Assembly: GCA_043228905.1 (NCBI GenBank) | Contig: JBHGNT010000006.1 | Span: 806,001-870,000 of the forward strand | From: Azolla caroliniana | Taxonomy: Eukaryota; Plantae; Polypodiophyta | DNA length: 64,000 nucleotides | Reading direction: 5' to 3' | Part shown: positions 1-10,290 of the stretch, piece by piece | Position numbering within the stretch: the first letter of the stretch is position 1 | How the letters are laid out: each line of letters begins with the position of its first letter | Position numbers and translations under genes: made by a program | The notes under the pieces: model-generated | The model's input: only the letters and a program-made list of their open reading frames with translations | Database searches by the model: none | Told to the model about the DNA's origin: nothing

Positions 1-2023
1 CCCTCGTGTAGGCCGAACCGTTGTCCAGCACCTTGGTCTCCATTCTCGCCGCCGTGATGTATGGTTCCCCTAATATGACCGGATGCGAGGATGTCTCCTG
101 TATGAAGAAGTGCTGGTCTATCTCGACGTCGCCGATCTTTACTCGCACATTCGGGTAGGCCCCGTGCAGCTCCTCGGTGGCGCGCGTCGCCGCCCGTATC
201 TTCCACCCGTGCCTGGTGTTGATCGACCACTTTCCCTTCTTATAGAAGTCCATGGACATTAGGTTTATTTCCGAACCGTGGTCCACCAACGCCACCACCG
301 GTTCCTGAACACCTCCGATTTTTACCGGGGTCTCCGTGGTCGCTCAGGCCCAGTGTGGCCTCGAATAGTGGCTCTCCGCCCACTCATCTGCCAGCGCCGA
401 GTCGTCGATGTGCGTCGTCCGCACCTCTACCGGTCTTTCCGGATCCGTCTCCGTTGACAGCCTCTTCCGTTTCACCAGGTCCACAATGGAGTCGTGGAAT
501 TCCTTCTTGGCGATCCCTAGCACCTCTCGCAATGACAGCTCCACTTTGCTGTCGAGGATCCGTTCCTCTAGGACCTTCCGTAGGTCTGTAGTCCTTTCTA
601 TTTCTGTCCCTAGTTGGTACCCGCCCTTCCTGGGGTTATCTTGTGGGCCGGGCCCACCGGCATCGTTCCGTTGTTGTCCGAATCGGGTCTCGTACCGTTG
701 TGAGGGCCCGGTCGCTCCGGCTTTCCCCACTCGTTTCTCTTCTACCAGAGCCTCGTAGTTCCGGCAAGCGGCTTCTACGAAGCCCGTCTTCTCCTCGACC
801 GGATCGCTCCACCCGGTTATTTCCCGGACCCGTCTCTCAGCGTGGTCCGTTTCATCTTTCCTCAGTCGCGCGCCGGCGAGGCCTTCCAGCATTGCCGACC
901 AGAAACCGTCTTTGCTCTCCTTTCGGGTCTCGCTGCCCCCGACCCGAATACCGGCCGACGCCGAGTAGTGGATGGCCTCCACGTGTCGGGCCACTGCCTC
1001 TTCCATCAGTCTCTTCATACCTCCTCGCCCGTCGTTTCGGCTCAGGGCCCTCTTGGTGTCGCCAGCGTGCACCCGGCCTTCCCACAGGTACACCACCCGG
1101 TTTCTCAACGCCTCTGCGAAATCGCCGCAGTCCTTCCGAATGTGGCCGACCTCGTCGCACCACATGCACCTGTTCCCCGCTGCCGGCCGTCGGTCACGAG
1201 CCGGTTCGCCGCCTTCCCTTCGAGTCTGGGCGATCTGGAGATCCTTTATCGCCCGCGTCAACTCCTCTAGCGCGGCTCCTCCGGACGAGCCATTGACCAT
1301 GCTGGTCGAAGCCGGACCGGTTTCGAGCCATTCCCGGGTTTCTTCCCTTCGCACTTGCGGTGCCGGTTCAAGCCTCCTTGCTGTAACAGAGCCTGCACCT
1401 GCCGCCCCGTTGTCAGCCCATTCTCGCCGTTTGTCGAAACGGCCACAGACTCTCTTAACCGCAGCCCAGTCGGTTGTCAGCCCGTCTTCAGTTTCCAGCA
1501 AGGAGCCGACTTGATCCCGGTCCCGCTCGTCCACCGACTTGACGAACAGTAGGACCCGGCTCGTATCCAGAATGGTTCGGTCAAGCGCCGAAAGGCGCGC
1601 AAAGCGTTCTTCGAACTCCCGGAGGAGTGCTGACGCATTTCTTCCCTTGCCGGGGAACTCCACCCATTCCATGAAGTCCCGTTTCGAAAGCCGGAGCGCG
1701 TCGTCCAGCCCATATTTCTCTAGGAGTCGGCCTTCGAACTCCTCCCAGGTACGGCTCTCCGCCCGTACCTCGTGCACCTCCACATGGATGCTCGGCATCG
1801 CCACTCGAGGGAACCCGGCAAGACGCCTCTCTTCCGGAATGTCCCGCATCAGCATTTCCGCCCCGTAGGACGCCAAATACTTCGTAGCATCCTTTCCGCT
1901 GAAACGGACGATCGTACCGACGACCGCCTCAATGGCTCTGTCGAGGGCACCGGTGCCCTCGCGTGTGCTCAATATCCGATCCACGGCCGAAGCCATGGCC
2001 TCTGCGAGATCCGACCCCCTCAT
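1..2023 (-). pseudogene. gag-protease of element A with an in-frame nonsense codon at 344-346
   Basis: Probable start MRGSDLAE just after the PBS; ORF stops at HWA* (TGA where element B reads HWARATTE, consistent with CGA->TGA); ATTETPVKIG...DHGSEIN continues in frame to the window edge. Confidence 0.85.
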
Positions 2024-2045
2024 CTTCTGCTCTTCTGCCGCCTCT

Positions 2046-2063
2046 TTCACGTCGGGTTCACCA
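2046..2063 (-). promoter_or_regulatory. Primer binding site complementary to the tRNA-Trp 3' end
   Basis: + strand TTCACGTCGGGTTCACCA matches the 3' 18 nt of plant cytosolic tRNA-Trp(CCA) as I recall it; 4 nt from the LTR. Confidence 0.88.
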
Positions 2064-2067
2064 AATA

Positions 2068-2708
2068 TGTCGAGGTATTCCTCGCGGATGCGTGGAGTGA
2101 GGCGGGACCTCGGGGGTCCTGTACCGAAGAGTAAGAGAGAGAGAGAGAGAGACCCACTACGTGCGAGCGTAGATTCACAGGGACACGGCCCTTCGACGCA
2201 AAGATGCGAGTGGGACAGCGACACAGAAAGACACGAAAGTATGTATGTATTGACAAGACAAACAACAAGAACACGAAGACAACAAAACACGAAGTCGGTT
2301 ACAACCGAACAGGCCGGCGGACAGATGCCGATACCTGTTCGTAAACGCACAGAAAGACAGGAACAAGTTGGAGGTGCTGCCGGAATCACTCGGGCATTCC
2401 TCAGAGCAGCGCGAGCCTCCCGAAACCTGCACAGAAGGAAGCTATGGAGTCTGCGAACCAGAGAGAGAGAGAGAGAGAGAAGCCTTCGCGCCCAATCCGA
2501 CAGCACTTCGTCCTCGACTCTCCGCGATCCCTCTACCCTCCTCGTCTCCCTCCTTTTATAGGCAAGGAAGGAGCCGTTTCCCCTCTACTCCCTACCTACC
2601 GAATCTACCTAGGATCTCCTATGTTCAACTTAAGTCGCACGTGCATGAAGAGTCGGTTTCTACGCTCCAGTGCACCGATTCCGCTCGTGGTCGGTTTTCT
2701 TCACGACA
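2068..2708 (-). repeat. 5' LTR of element A (641 bp)
   Basis: TGTCG/CGACA termini, TATA-like CTATAAAAG on the minus strand at ~2555, (GA)n tracts, adjacent PBS. Confidence 0.85.
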
Positions 2709-4132
2709 ACGTGTTTGTAGATGCCTCGGACATAGCAATAGGAAGTGCGCTAATGCAGCTCACGGAGTCGAGTTGGTACCAGCCGGTGTACTACGCTAGT
2801 CGGAAATGATCAACGACGGAGCGTAATTATTCCACAATGGAACGTGACGCGTTGGGGATGATCTACAAGATCAATAAGTTCCGACATTATCTGTTAGGGC
2901 GGAAATTCACGTTTCACGTGGATCATTCGGCACTGCTATATTTGGTGGAGAAACAAGCACTGATGGGGAAATTGGCGAGATGGATGCTGCTGCTTCAAGA
3001 ATTCGTGAAAAGAATGGCGTGCGAAAGCAATATAGGAAAACCGAACAACAGAAAACGCAAGTTTCATGGAAAGCTCATTGTGTTATGGCGGGAGGACATT
3101 ACGCGGGCAATATTACGGCCTGGAAAATTTGGCAAGCAGGACTGTGGTGGCCGACAACGCAAAAGGACGCGTATGAATATTGCAGGCAATGCGATTTATG
3201 CCAACGATTGGGCCAGCCCACAGAAGTCGCGAGAATGCCACATTAACCAATGTTGCCACTAGTTCCTTTCCAAATGTGGGGATTAGATTTCGTGGAACCG
3301 TTTACCCGGGTGGCCGCTCGAACAAGCAATAAGTACATCCTGGTGGCTACGGATTACTGCACGAAGTGGGTAGAAGCAAAACCAATACGCGAGAATACTG
3401 TGGCATTCACGACGAAATTCCTGTACGAATACATCTGGTGTCGTTTCGGCTGCCCTATCGAGCTCATTAGTGACCAAGGGAGTTACTTTCTGCACAAGAA
3501 AAGTACGTCGTATTACCCGCAGGCCAATGGCTTGGCGGAATCCACGAACAAAACCCTCCAAACTATCCTCAAAAAGATAGTCAATGAGAACAGGACGGAT
3601 TGGAACATTATGCGCATACCGTACCGGTTATAAGAGCAGCATACAATCAACACCGTTCAGGCTGGCATTTGGTCTGGAGGCTGTGATACCAGTTGAATTC
3701 CAGGTACCCAGTCTACGGATCCAAATACGTGCCCGGCTACGAGAGGGTAAATCCGCACAAATACGGCTACAGAGACTACTAGAGCTAGGAGAAACAAGGG
3801 TACGCAGTATGGCCATATTAGAGTAGGAACAGCAGCGGCACAAAGCATTCGTTGACCGACACCGGCATGGGCGTGAAAAAGATTTTGCGGTTGGAAGAAC
3901 GGTATTAGTTTTCCAAACCCGCATGGGGCATATGCTAGGAAAATTACGATTCCGCTGGACAGGCCCATACTGGATAGTAGGAGCAGAACACGACACGTTT
4001 CAACTAGGCATGCTGGCCGGGGAAGTGTTACGACAGAAAGTGAATGGGTTTCGCCTTAAACCGTATCTGGGACCTACGCCACCTAACCCGTTCCCTGCAG
4101 GACAGGACAAAGCCGGAGAATCCGCGGAGTAA
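2709..4132 (+). pseudogene. RNase H-integrase remnant of element C
   Basis: Motifs spread over ORFs 2837-3262, 2980-3246, 3250-3633, 3584-3826 and 3923-4132, with stops, frameshifts and deletions. Confidence 0.88.
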
Positions 4133-4571
4133 GTAGACAACCCCACTTGTATTCTAGTGTAAAAATAGTATTGTATGTAAAAAAAGAAAGAAAATATAGC
4201 GATGCTATTAAAAGGACTTAAGGCATGCACAGACTTCTAGACCAAGAACATGCAGCACCACGATGACTCACCAACCAATGAACCCTAGGCCACAAAAAGA
4301 AGGAAATAGAAGGTTTTTTGCACAATACAGAAATCAACCTTCTAACTCTCAGCTCTCTCATCGCTCCCCTTTCTCACCTTCGTCTCCATCCTCTCACAGA
4401 GCTCAAGCCCACTGCAAACAACAGTCTTCAACCCCTAGCCACGAGCCTATTCCGACTATGCCGATATTCATCTCTAACGCCTTGCGTCGATGGCTTGTGG
4501 AGAAACGCTTGGATGGGTACATTGACGGGAACTACAAGGCTCCTCATACGCACCGCTCGGCCACAACCGAG

Positions 4572-5218
4572 CTTAGAATCATACACAGAAAACGGGAAAT
4601 AAAACGCACGACACAAACAAGAGAAGAGTACACAGGATGTTTACGTGGAAAACCCAAACTAGGGAAAAAACCACGGCAACCCACAGGCTGCAAACTATCA
4701 CTATGCTAGAATGTACAACGGTGAGTTCACGGAGGCAACGACCTCGTGCTCACGATCTTCGCCACAAGCGGCGGTTACAACAGAGGCAGCGACCTCTTCC
4801 TCTCACTCTCTCTGTCTCTGTACACAATAACGCGCTCTAATCTCACGCGGACAAGAATAACAACAACAGTAACTATAAGTTTGCCCTAAGTCATATTTAT
4901 ACTAATATGACTTTTCGGCTATTTACAAATATAGCCTCGATGGACTCTCAAAAACATATTTACGAATATGTCTCTTCATCTGGTGAGAATTCCTCACCGG
5001 GTCTACACTATCCGGCTCTCCGTAGCCGGGTAGTTCTCATCCGGTTCTCACCGGGCCTGCACCATCCGGCTCTCCGTAGTCGGGTACTCCTCATCCAGTT
5101 CTCACCGGGCCTGCACCATCCAGCTCTCCGTAGCCGGGTACTCCTCATCCGGTTCTAATCGGGCCTGCACCATCCGGCTCTCCGTAGCTGGGTACTCCTC
5201 TTTCGGTTTCACCCTCGG
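4572..5218 (-). mobile_element. Inserted Copia-type LTR fragment flanked by CCGAG direct repeats
   Basis: LTR-typical TTTACGTGGAAAACCCAAACTAGGGAAAAAACCACGG motif, also present in the solo LTR at 16938-17460; CCGAG at 4567-4571 and 5219-5223; its removal restores the host reading frame. Confidence 0.6.
4990..5200. repeat. 54-bp tandem repeat, ~4 copies
   Basis: Unit TTCTCACCGGGCCTGCACCATCCGGCTCTCCGTAGCCGGGTACTCCTCATCCGG repeated with a few substitutions. Confidence 0.9.
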
Positions 5219-7876
5219 CCGAGATTGTTCGTCGGCACTGTTCTTCTCTCTTCCCATCCGGAGGGACCTGTCTCCCAACATACATCAGGGTCGCGGAGGC
5301 ACCTCCACACCCTGATGCACTGGACATCGCTAGAAAGCTCAACATCGACACGGTCACCAACTTATCCATTCGGAAAAAGTTGGACCTGTCATCACTGGGT
5401 GAAAGGCATTTCGAAATCCCTCTTGCGGAATCCCTGCAGAGATATTTTGGTCCATATTCGTCATCCGCCAAGGCATATAGAACGAAGGAGATCCCGGATC
5501 CTTTTTTCCGCGAAATCGCCAAGTTCCTATTAGAGGTCGGATGCGTACATGTAAATGTATATGGGATGCCCAAGCAGAAGGCAAGTATTATCATTGATAC
5601 CTTTGAAGGGTGTACAGTCAATTGGGGGGTCATCACGGGGACAACATTAAGGGAAGGCTTGCACGCGTATCAAGGGGGTAAAAAGCTCAGGCCTATCATA
5701 CAACAAGACATGATGGTACTGTTCCCACCCCAAGGCCTGCCGGCACCGCAATCCAGCAAGCCCACGCCGCCGCCTCAATCTGCGAAATGAAGGTTAGCAA
5801 AGTTAGCCACCACAGAGTGGGAGATGAACCCCAACCCGCCCAGCCGAACACGTGAACAACACAGGAAGAGCAGGTTGCGCACACCGAGGAGACGGCACCG
5901 GAGCCGGAAGCTGAACCACAACAAGAAAGCCCGAGGCCGAAAAGGCGGAGACTGGACAGGAAAGATGGGCGAGGGTTAGTTAAAAGCGCATTAAGACAAA
6001 CGGCGGAAAGCGACGATGAGGATCAGTTAGCCAAAGTCGGCAGGTAGAGGAATACCGATATACGCCAAATGGGGATGGAACTTACCCCATTAAATGCGGC
6101 CCTTGTCGAAGTTCATAGGGAACTAGCAAAGGTCAGTATGGGCACCAAGGATATGGCGATTAAAAATAAAAATGTCTGGAAAAAGGTTAAACTGACCCAA
6201 GCTGAGCTACAAAAGGCCAATGAACGCATCACGGAGTTAGAAAATAATGCGACTATGGCGCAACAGGCAGCTCCACCAACAACCAACGCCGTCGAAGCCC
6301 TGAGGGAAGAGATTGAGGCTTAGACCGTCATCACCTCAAAAGCAAAACGGGTCGTACAACTAGTGGAATCAGAGATTGACCGCCTCCACGCTAAACTTCG
6401 CTAGTCCTCGGACAGAGAAAAGGACATCCGAGCCAACGGCCGAAAGGAAGTGAAGACCCTTGAAGACAAACTCGCAACGGAGACAGGATAGCACACCCGG
6501 ATGAAAGAAGAAAATGCCCAATTACGGGAGGAAGCGAAAAAATCAGAAGCGGCAATCGCGGGACTACGGGCCTTATTAGAGAAGAAGAAAGCATAGTTCG
6601 ACGAGCAGTTGGTGGGAGAGCAGGAGAGAAGGCATCAGCTCGAAATCCACCTGAATAATGAAATGGGAAAACTGTAAGAACTACATGTGAAGGAATCCCA
6701 GCTTTGGGCAGGAATGAGGAGCACGTATGAGGAAGCGGCGGCAGTTAATCAACAAGAAATTGCAAACCTCAAGAAATTTGTCGAAGAAGCACGCAACTGT
6801 CGCCAAGCCATAATAGACAACGTGCGTATCCTTCTGCAAACGAATCGGGAGAGGTTTACGGCACAATTAAAAACGGTGCTAGACAAAGGATGGATGGTGT
6901 GGGCTGCACAAGAGGTTTACGGACCTGTTTCACCAGATCACACAACCCGGCAGCACACGAACAAACGAGGAATCCATTGTGACACCAATTCCGGATACTG
7001 CCGAACAAGAGGAACCTCATGCCATGTCACCAGAAGTTACCACTACGGTGAACAGCACGGAACGGTGAACGGAGTCCCCCGCAATACCAGACAACAAAAC
7101 CACCGACCAAGAGGAATCCCATCCACCGGAGCATACGCTTACGGCCAACCACACAGAGAACGTTCCAGACCAAGAGGAACCGCAACCCCACTCCCTAGAG
7201 CGTACAACGGCTGACATCACGGAGGAAGTGACGGACAAAACAGAGTCGCGACCTACCGCAAGCCCGCAGACGGCTGAACCAAACCCCCTAGCCCAAGAAG
7301 AGCCCGCAAAACCCAGACCGCCCACACAGGACGACTACAACACCATGAGAAGGCCTCCTGACCAAGCAGGGGAACCACACAATGACGCGCCTACGGGCCC
7401 TACGCCGTCCCCAGATACAAATACCGTAGCAGAACCAAACTTCAGGGCCATTTTGGAGAAAGATTAAAGGGATGTATCCGACATGCCATGGCACTGTCCC
7501 ACAGGCGTGCCAGGTGTTGTCTGTCGGAATAGTAACCGACGGACAAGAGCGTAGTAATAGGGAAAAGAATAATATTGTAACGCATGTAACGGTTCACGTG
7601 GGAAGCGTGAACGGCTAAAAGACCCTGCGTATATAAAGGGCAGAAAAACCTCTGATAGAGGTAGCGTGTAATGTTGAATGGAAAAGGCGTATCTTAATAG
7701 AGTTAGTTCTATCTTCTCTTATATCTGTGTGTATCTGTGATTAACCTACTATGTGTCTGTAATTCTTAAGAGCGTAAGCGTGAGTAATGGTGTGCGCGCT
7801 AGCCCACTGTCTAAGGAGCTCAGTTGTAGCCATCTCCCTTATACGCTCCTAGGTTACGAGAGGTATCCCACTACAT

Positions 7877-8858
7877 TGTCGTGAAGATCCGTCACTACGC
7901 GCGGATCGTGAGGCGGAACCGCCGGGGTTCTGGACCAGAAGGATTTAGAGTCGATACAAGCTTTGGCAAGAAAGTACTTAAGATAGATTGGGAAAGAGAG
8001 AAGATGAGATTACACGATTGATTTGATAACGAATTTCTTCTTCTTAATTTTTCATAAAAAAAAAAACCATGTTTTTCTCCTCCCCCTTCCCTCTTTTATA
8101 GATGCTCTCATGCATATGATGCATGCGAGGGTACAAGACATGCATAAATTGCATGTTTGCCATTTGGCGCTTAAGTATTACATGTGGTGCATGCTAACCA
8201 TGTCACTCATTTTAGCACTCATGGATGAGAATTTACATGTAAAAGTATAATGATAGAAATATAATTTCAACTAAATACTATGGCTTAATGGTAAGCCATT
8301 TGATCCTAACTTGGAGGTGCAAGGTTCGAATCCATACTTGCCCTCCTTTGTATATGTAAATATGTATATATTTTTATATATTTATTTTATCTAGTCGCCG
8401 GTTCGCCGGATACTGCCGCCGGATACCGGTGCCGCATGCCGCCATCGGATTGCCGTCGGATCACCGGCTCCATCGCCGGTCCGGTTTTGGTTGGCCAAAA
8501 CCCTTTACGAGTAGCTAGCCACCTCCACTCTAAGTTCAAGTTACCTTGAACTCTCTATGCTCCACACATAGACACAAAGGTAATATCTTTTGCTCCACGT
8601 TATATATGATGAGAGCCGTATTTGTCGTGCCTATGTGGGATATCTCACAATTTTCTCTTTTCTTTTCACAAACTTTATACCCTCATATCTTGACATTTAG
8701 TTGTCCATTTCTCGTGTAATAAAGTGCATTCGAAACCTCCATCATTTTGTACTTAGATATTAAAAATGTTATCTTCACAATTATTGTATTACATGATTCA
8801 TACTCGATTTTGTACGTTTTATGGGATTTTCACACTATTGCCGAAAATCTTCACGACA
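7877..8858 (-). repeat. 3' LTR of element B (982 bp)
   Basis: Direct repeat of 14675-15820; PPT adjacent. Confidence 0.95.
8281..8343 (+). promoter_or_regulatory. tRNA-like Pol III A-box/B-box cassette in LTR U3, antisense to the element
   Basis: A-box TGGCTTAATGG at 8281, D-stem GGCT/AGCC, B-box GGTTCGAATCC at 8323, T-run at ~8370; no intact acceptor stem. Confidence 0.7.
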
Positions 8859-8930
8859 TCCACCCCCACCAAACCGCACGTCCTCTAGTACGTGCCAAGA
8901 AGAGAAGAAGTGAGATTTCGGCTACGATGA

Positions 8931-10290
8931 TCAATTAGATTCCTCCATGTCTTCATTTTCATCCGGCCTATTATGTTCATCATCGAGGTAATCGAGGTCA
9001 GGATCCTTGTCTTGTCTTTTCTTGAAAAGCTTTACTCTTTTTCCCGCAATGGGTACGGCCAACCTTGATCCGTCTAGTTCCGCAAGGTGGTATGTGGCAT
9101 TATCGTTGGCACTTGTCACCACATACGGCCCGAACCATCTTCTTGCGAACTTCCTTGTTGTACTATGTTGATTGTCAAGGGTGCTGTCGTAGGCCAAAAC
9201 CCAATCCCCTTCTTCAATCTTCTTGGGACGAAGTCGATGCGTGTTGTCGAACCGAACTTTGTTCTTTACTCGGGCTGCCTTCATCATCTTTCGCGCTTTT
9301 TCTAAATCTTCAGTTCTTCTTTCAAGTTGCCTTATCCGCGCCGCTAATAACTCTTCTCGGCTCATCTCGTTCTCCCACGGTATCGCTACCCATGAGGCGA
9401 TCGTCCTTTCGATGGGCATAATCAGCTTTTGTCCATACATAAGCTCCGTCGGCATATACCCTGTCACCGAGCTATGTGTCGTTCTATCGGCCCACAAGGC
9501 ATAGGGTAATAGTCGTGGCCAATTCCCGACTCGACCGTTGCATGCCCGTACGATGGCTTTAACGATAGGTCCATGCCCTCGCTCGATCTTCCCATTTGCT
9601 TCCGGATTGTAGGCAGTCGTGAGGGAGAGCTTCACGCCTAGTCTTTCGAAGAGCTCCGTCGCTTCGTGCGCATCCAACTCCCCTCGGTCGGCCACTATCT
9701 TCCCTACACATCCATATCGGCAAACAACATCTTCAAGTAAAAATTTGCAAACGGCTGAAGTCGTCTTGTTTGTCAAGGCTCGTCCTTCCACTTGATTTGT
9801 CAAGTCTTCCCTTGCTAGCGCTAGGTACTTCATTTGTCCCACTCCCATTGGCATCGAGACGAGATCCACCATCCATTTGAAGTGTATGGTGAGTGGGTAT
9901 GTCGGCTTTAACTCATCACGATGACGTATATTTGAATATACTTGGCAAGTTTCGCATGTGGACACGAAATGAAGTACATCTTTGTACATGCTTGGCCACC
10001 AGTACTTCTCCTTCAACTTTTCGAACGTCGCCCATGTTCCTCTATGACCTGCCCAAGCACTCTCGTGGAATTCGGTCATCAGCGTCTCTTGCTCTTCTTT
10101 CTTTACCACCACTCGTCGTGGTATTCCTGTCCTTCTTTTTGGATGTCGCCAAAGGAATCCTCCCTTCAAGAAGTATCGGTAAGCTTTCTTTCGGAATCGT
10201 AGGGCCTCCTCCTTTGTCAACGAAGCAACTGTCGTCAATGTTCTTAGGAATCTACCGATGAGTAACCACTCTCCTTCATACTCTGTTGAA
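8931..10290 (-). CDS. Integrase of element B (separated from RT-RH by a frameshift at ~10285)
   Basis: HHCC FHESAWAGH...CETCQ; DDE core WMVDL, VADRG, YNPEANGKIER; GPY/F motif RWFGPY; no chromodomain. Confidence 0.92.

Larger units (their letters stand above)
1..2708 (-). mobile_element. Ty3/Gypsy LTR retrotransposon A, 5' part (5' LTR, PBS, gag-protease); continues left of window
   Basis: LTR 2068-2708 with TGTCG...CGACA ends; tRNA-Trp PBS at 2046-2063; gag with CCHC knuckle CMWCDEVGHIRKDC; protease region (ALVDHGSEINLM) at ~260-300; right flank ACGT, followed by host RNase H. Confidence 0.92.
4458..7467 (+). pseudogene. Degenerate extra ORF between pol and the 3' LTR of element C
   Basis: MPIFISNALRRW...ATTE joins in frame to IVRRHCSSLFPSGG...FFREIAKFLLEVG across an insertion; coiled-coil-like pieces 6069-6900; Pro/Thr/Glu-rich tail to 7467. 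Confidence 0.6.

Noticed and set aside
2024-2506. N-terminal ~160 aa of the 720-aa ORF
   Set aside because: It runs through the LTR and PBS, including (CT)n; gag most likely starts at the ATG after the PBS.
4990-5200. CRISPR-like array (also 34596, 44497, 58660)
   Set aside because: Head-to-tail repeats without unique spacers, no cas genes, eukaryotic context.
8281-8343. Functional tRNA genes (also 15079 and 25576)
   Set aside because: No acceptor stem and a broken anticodon stem; kept only as tRNA-like promoter cassettes.
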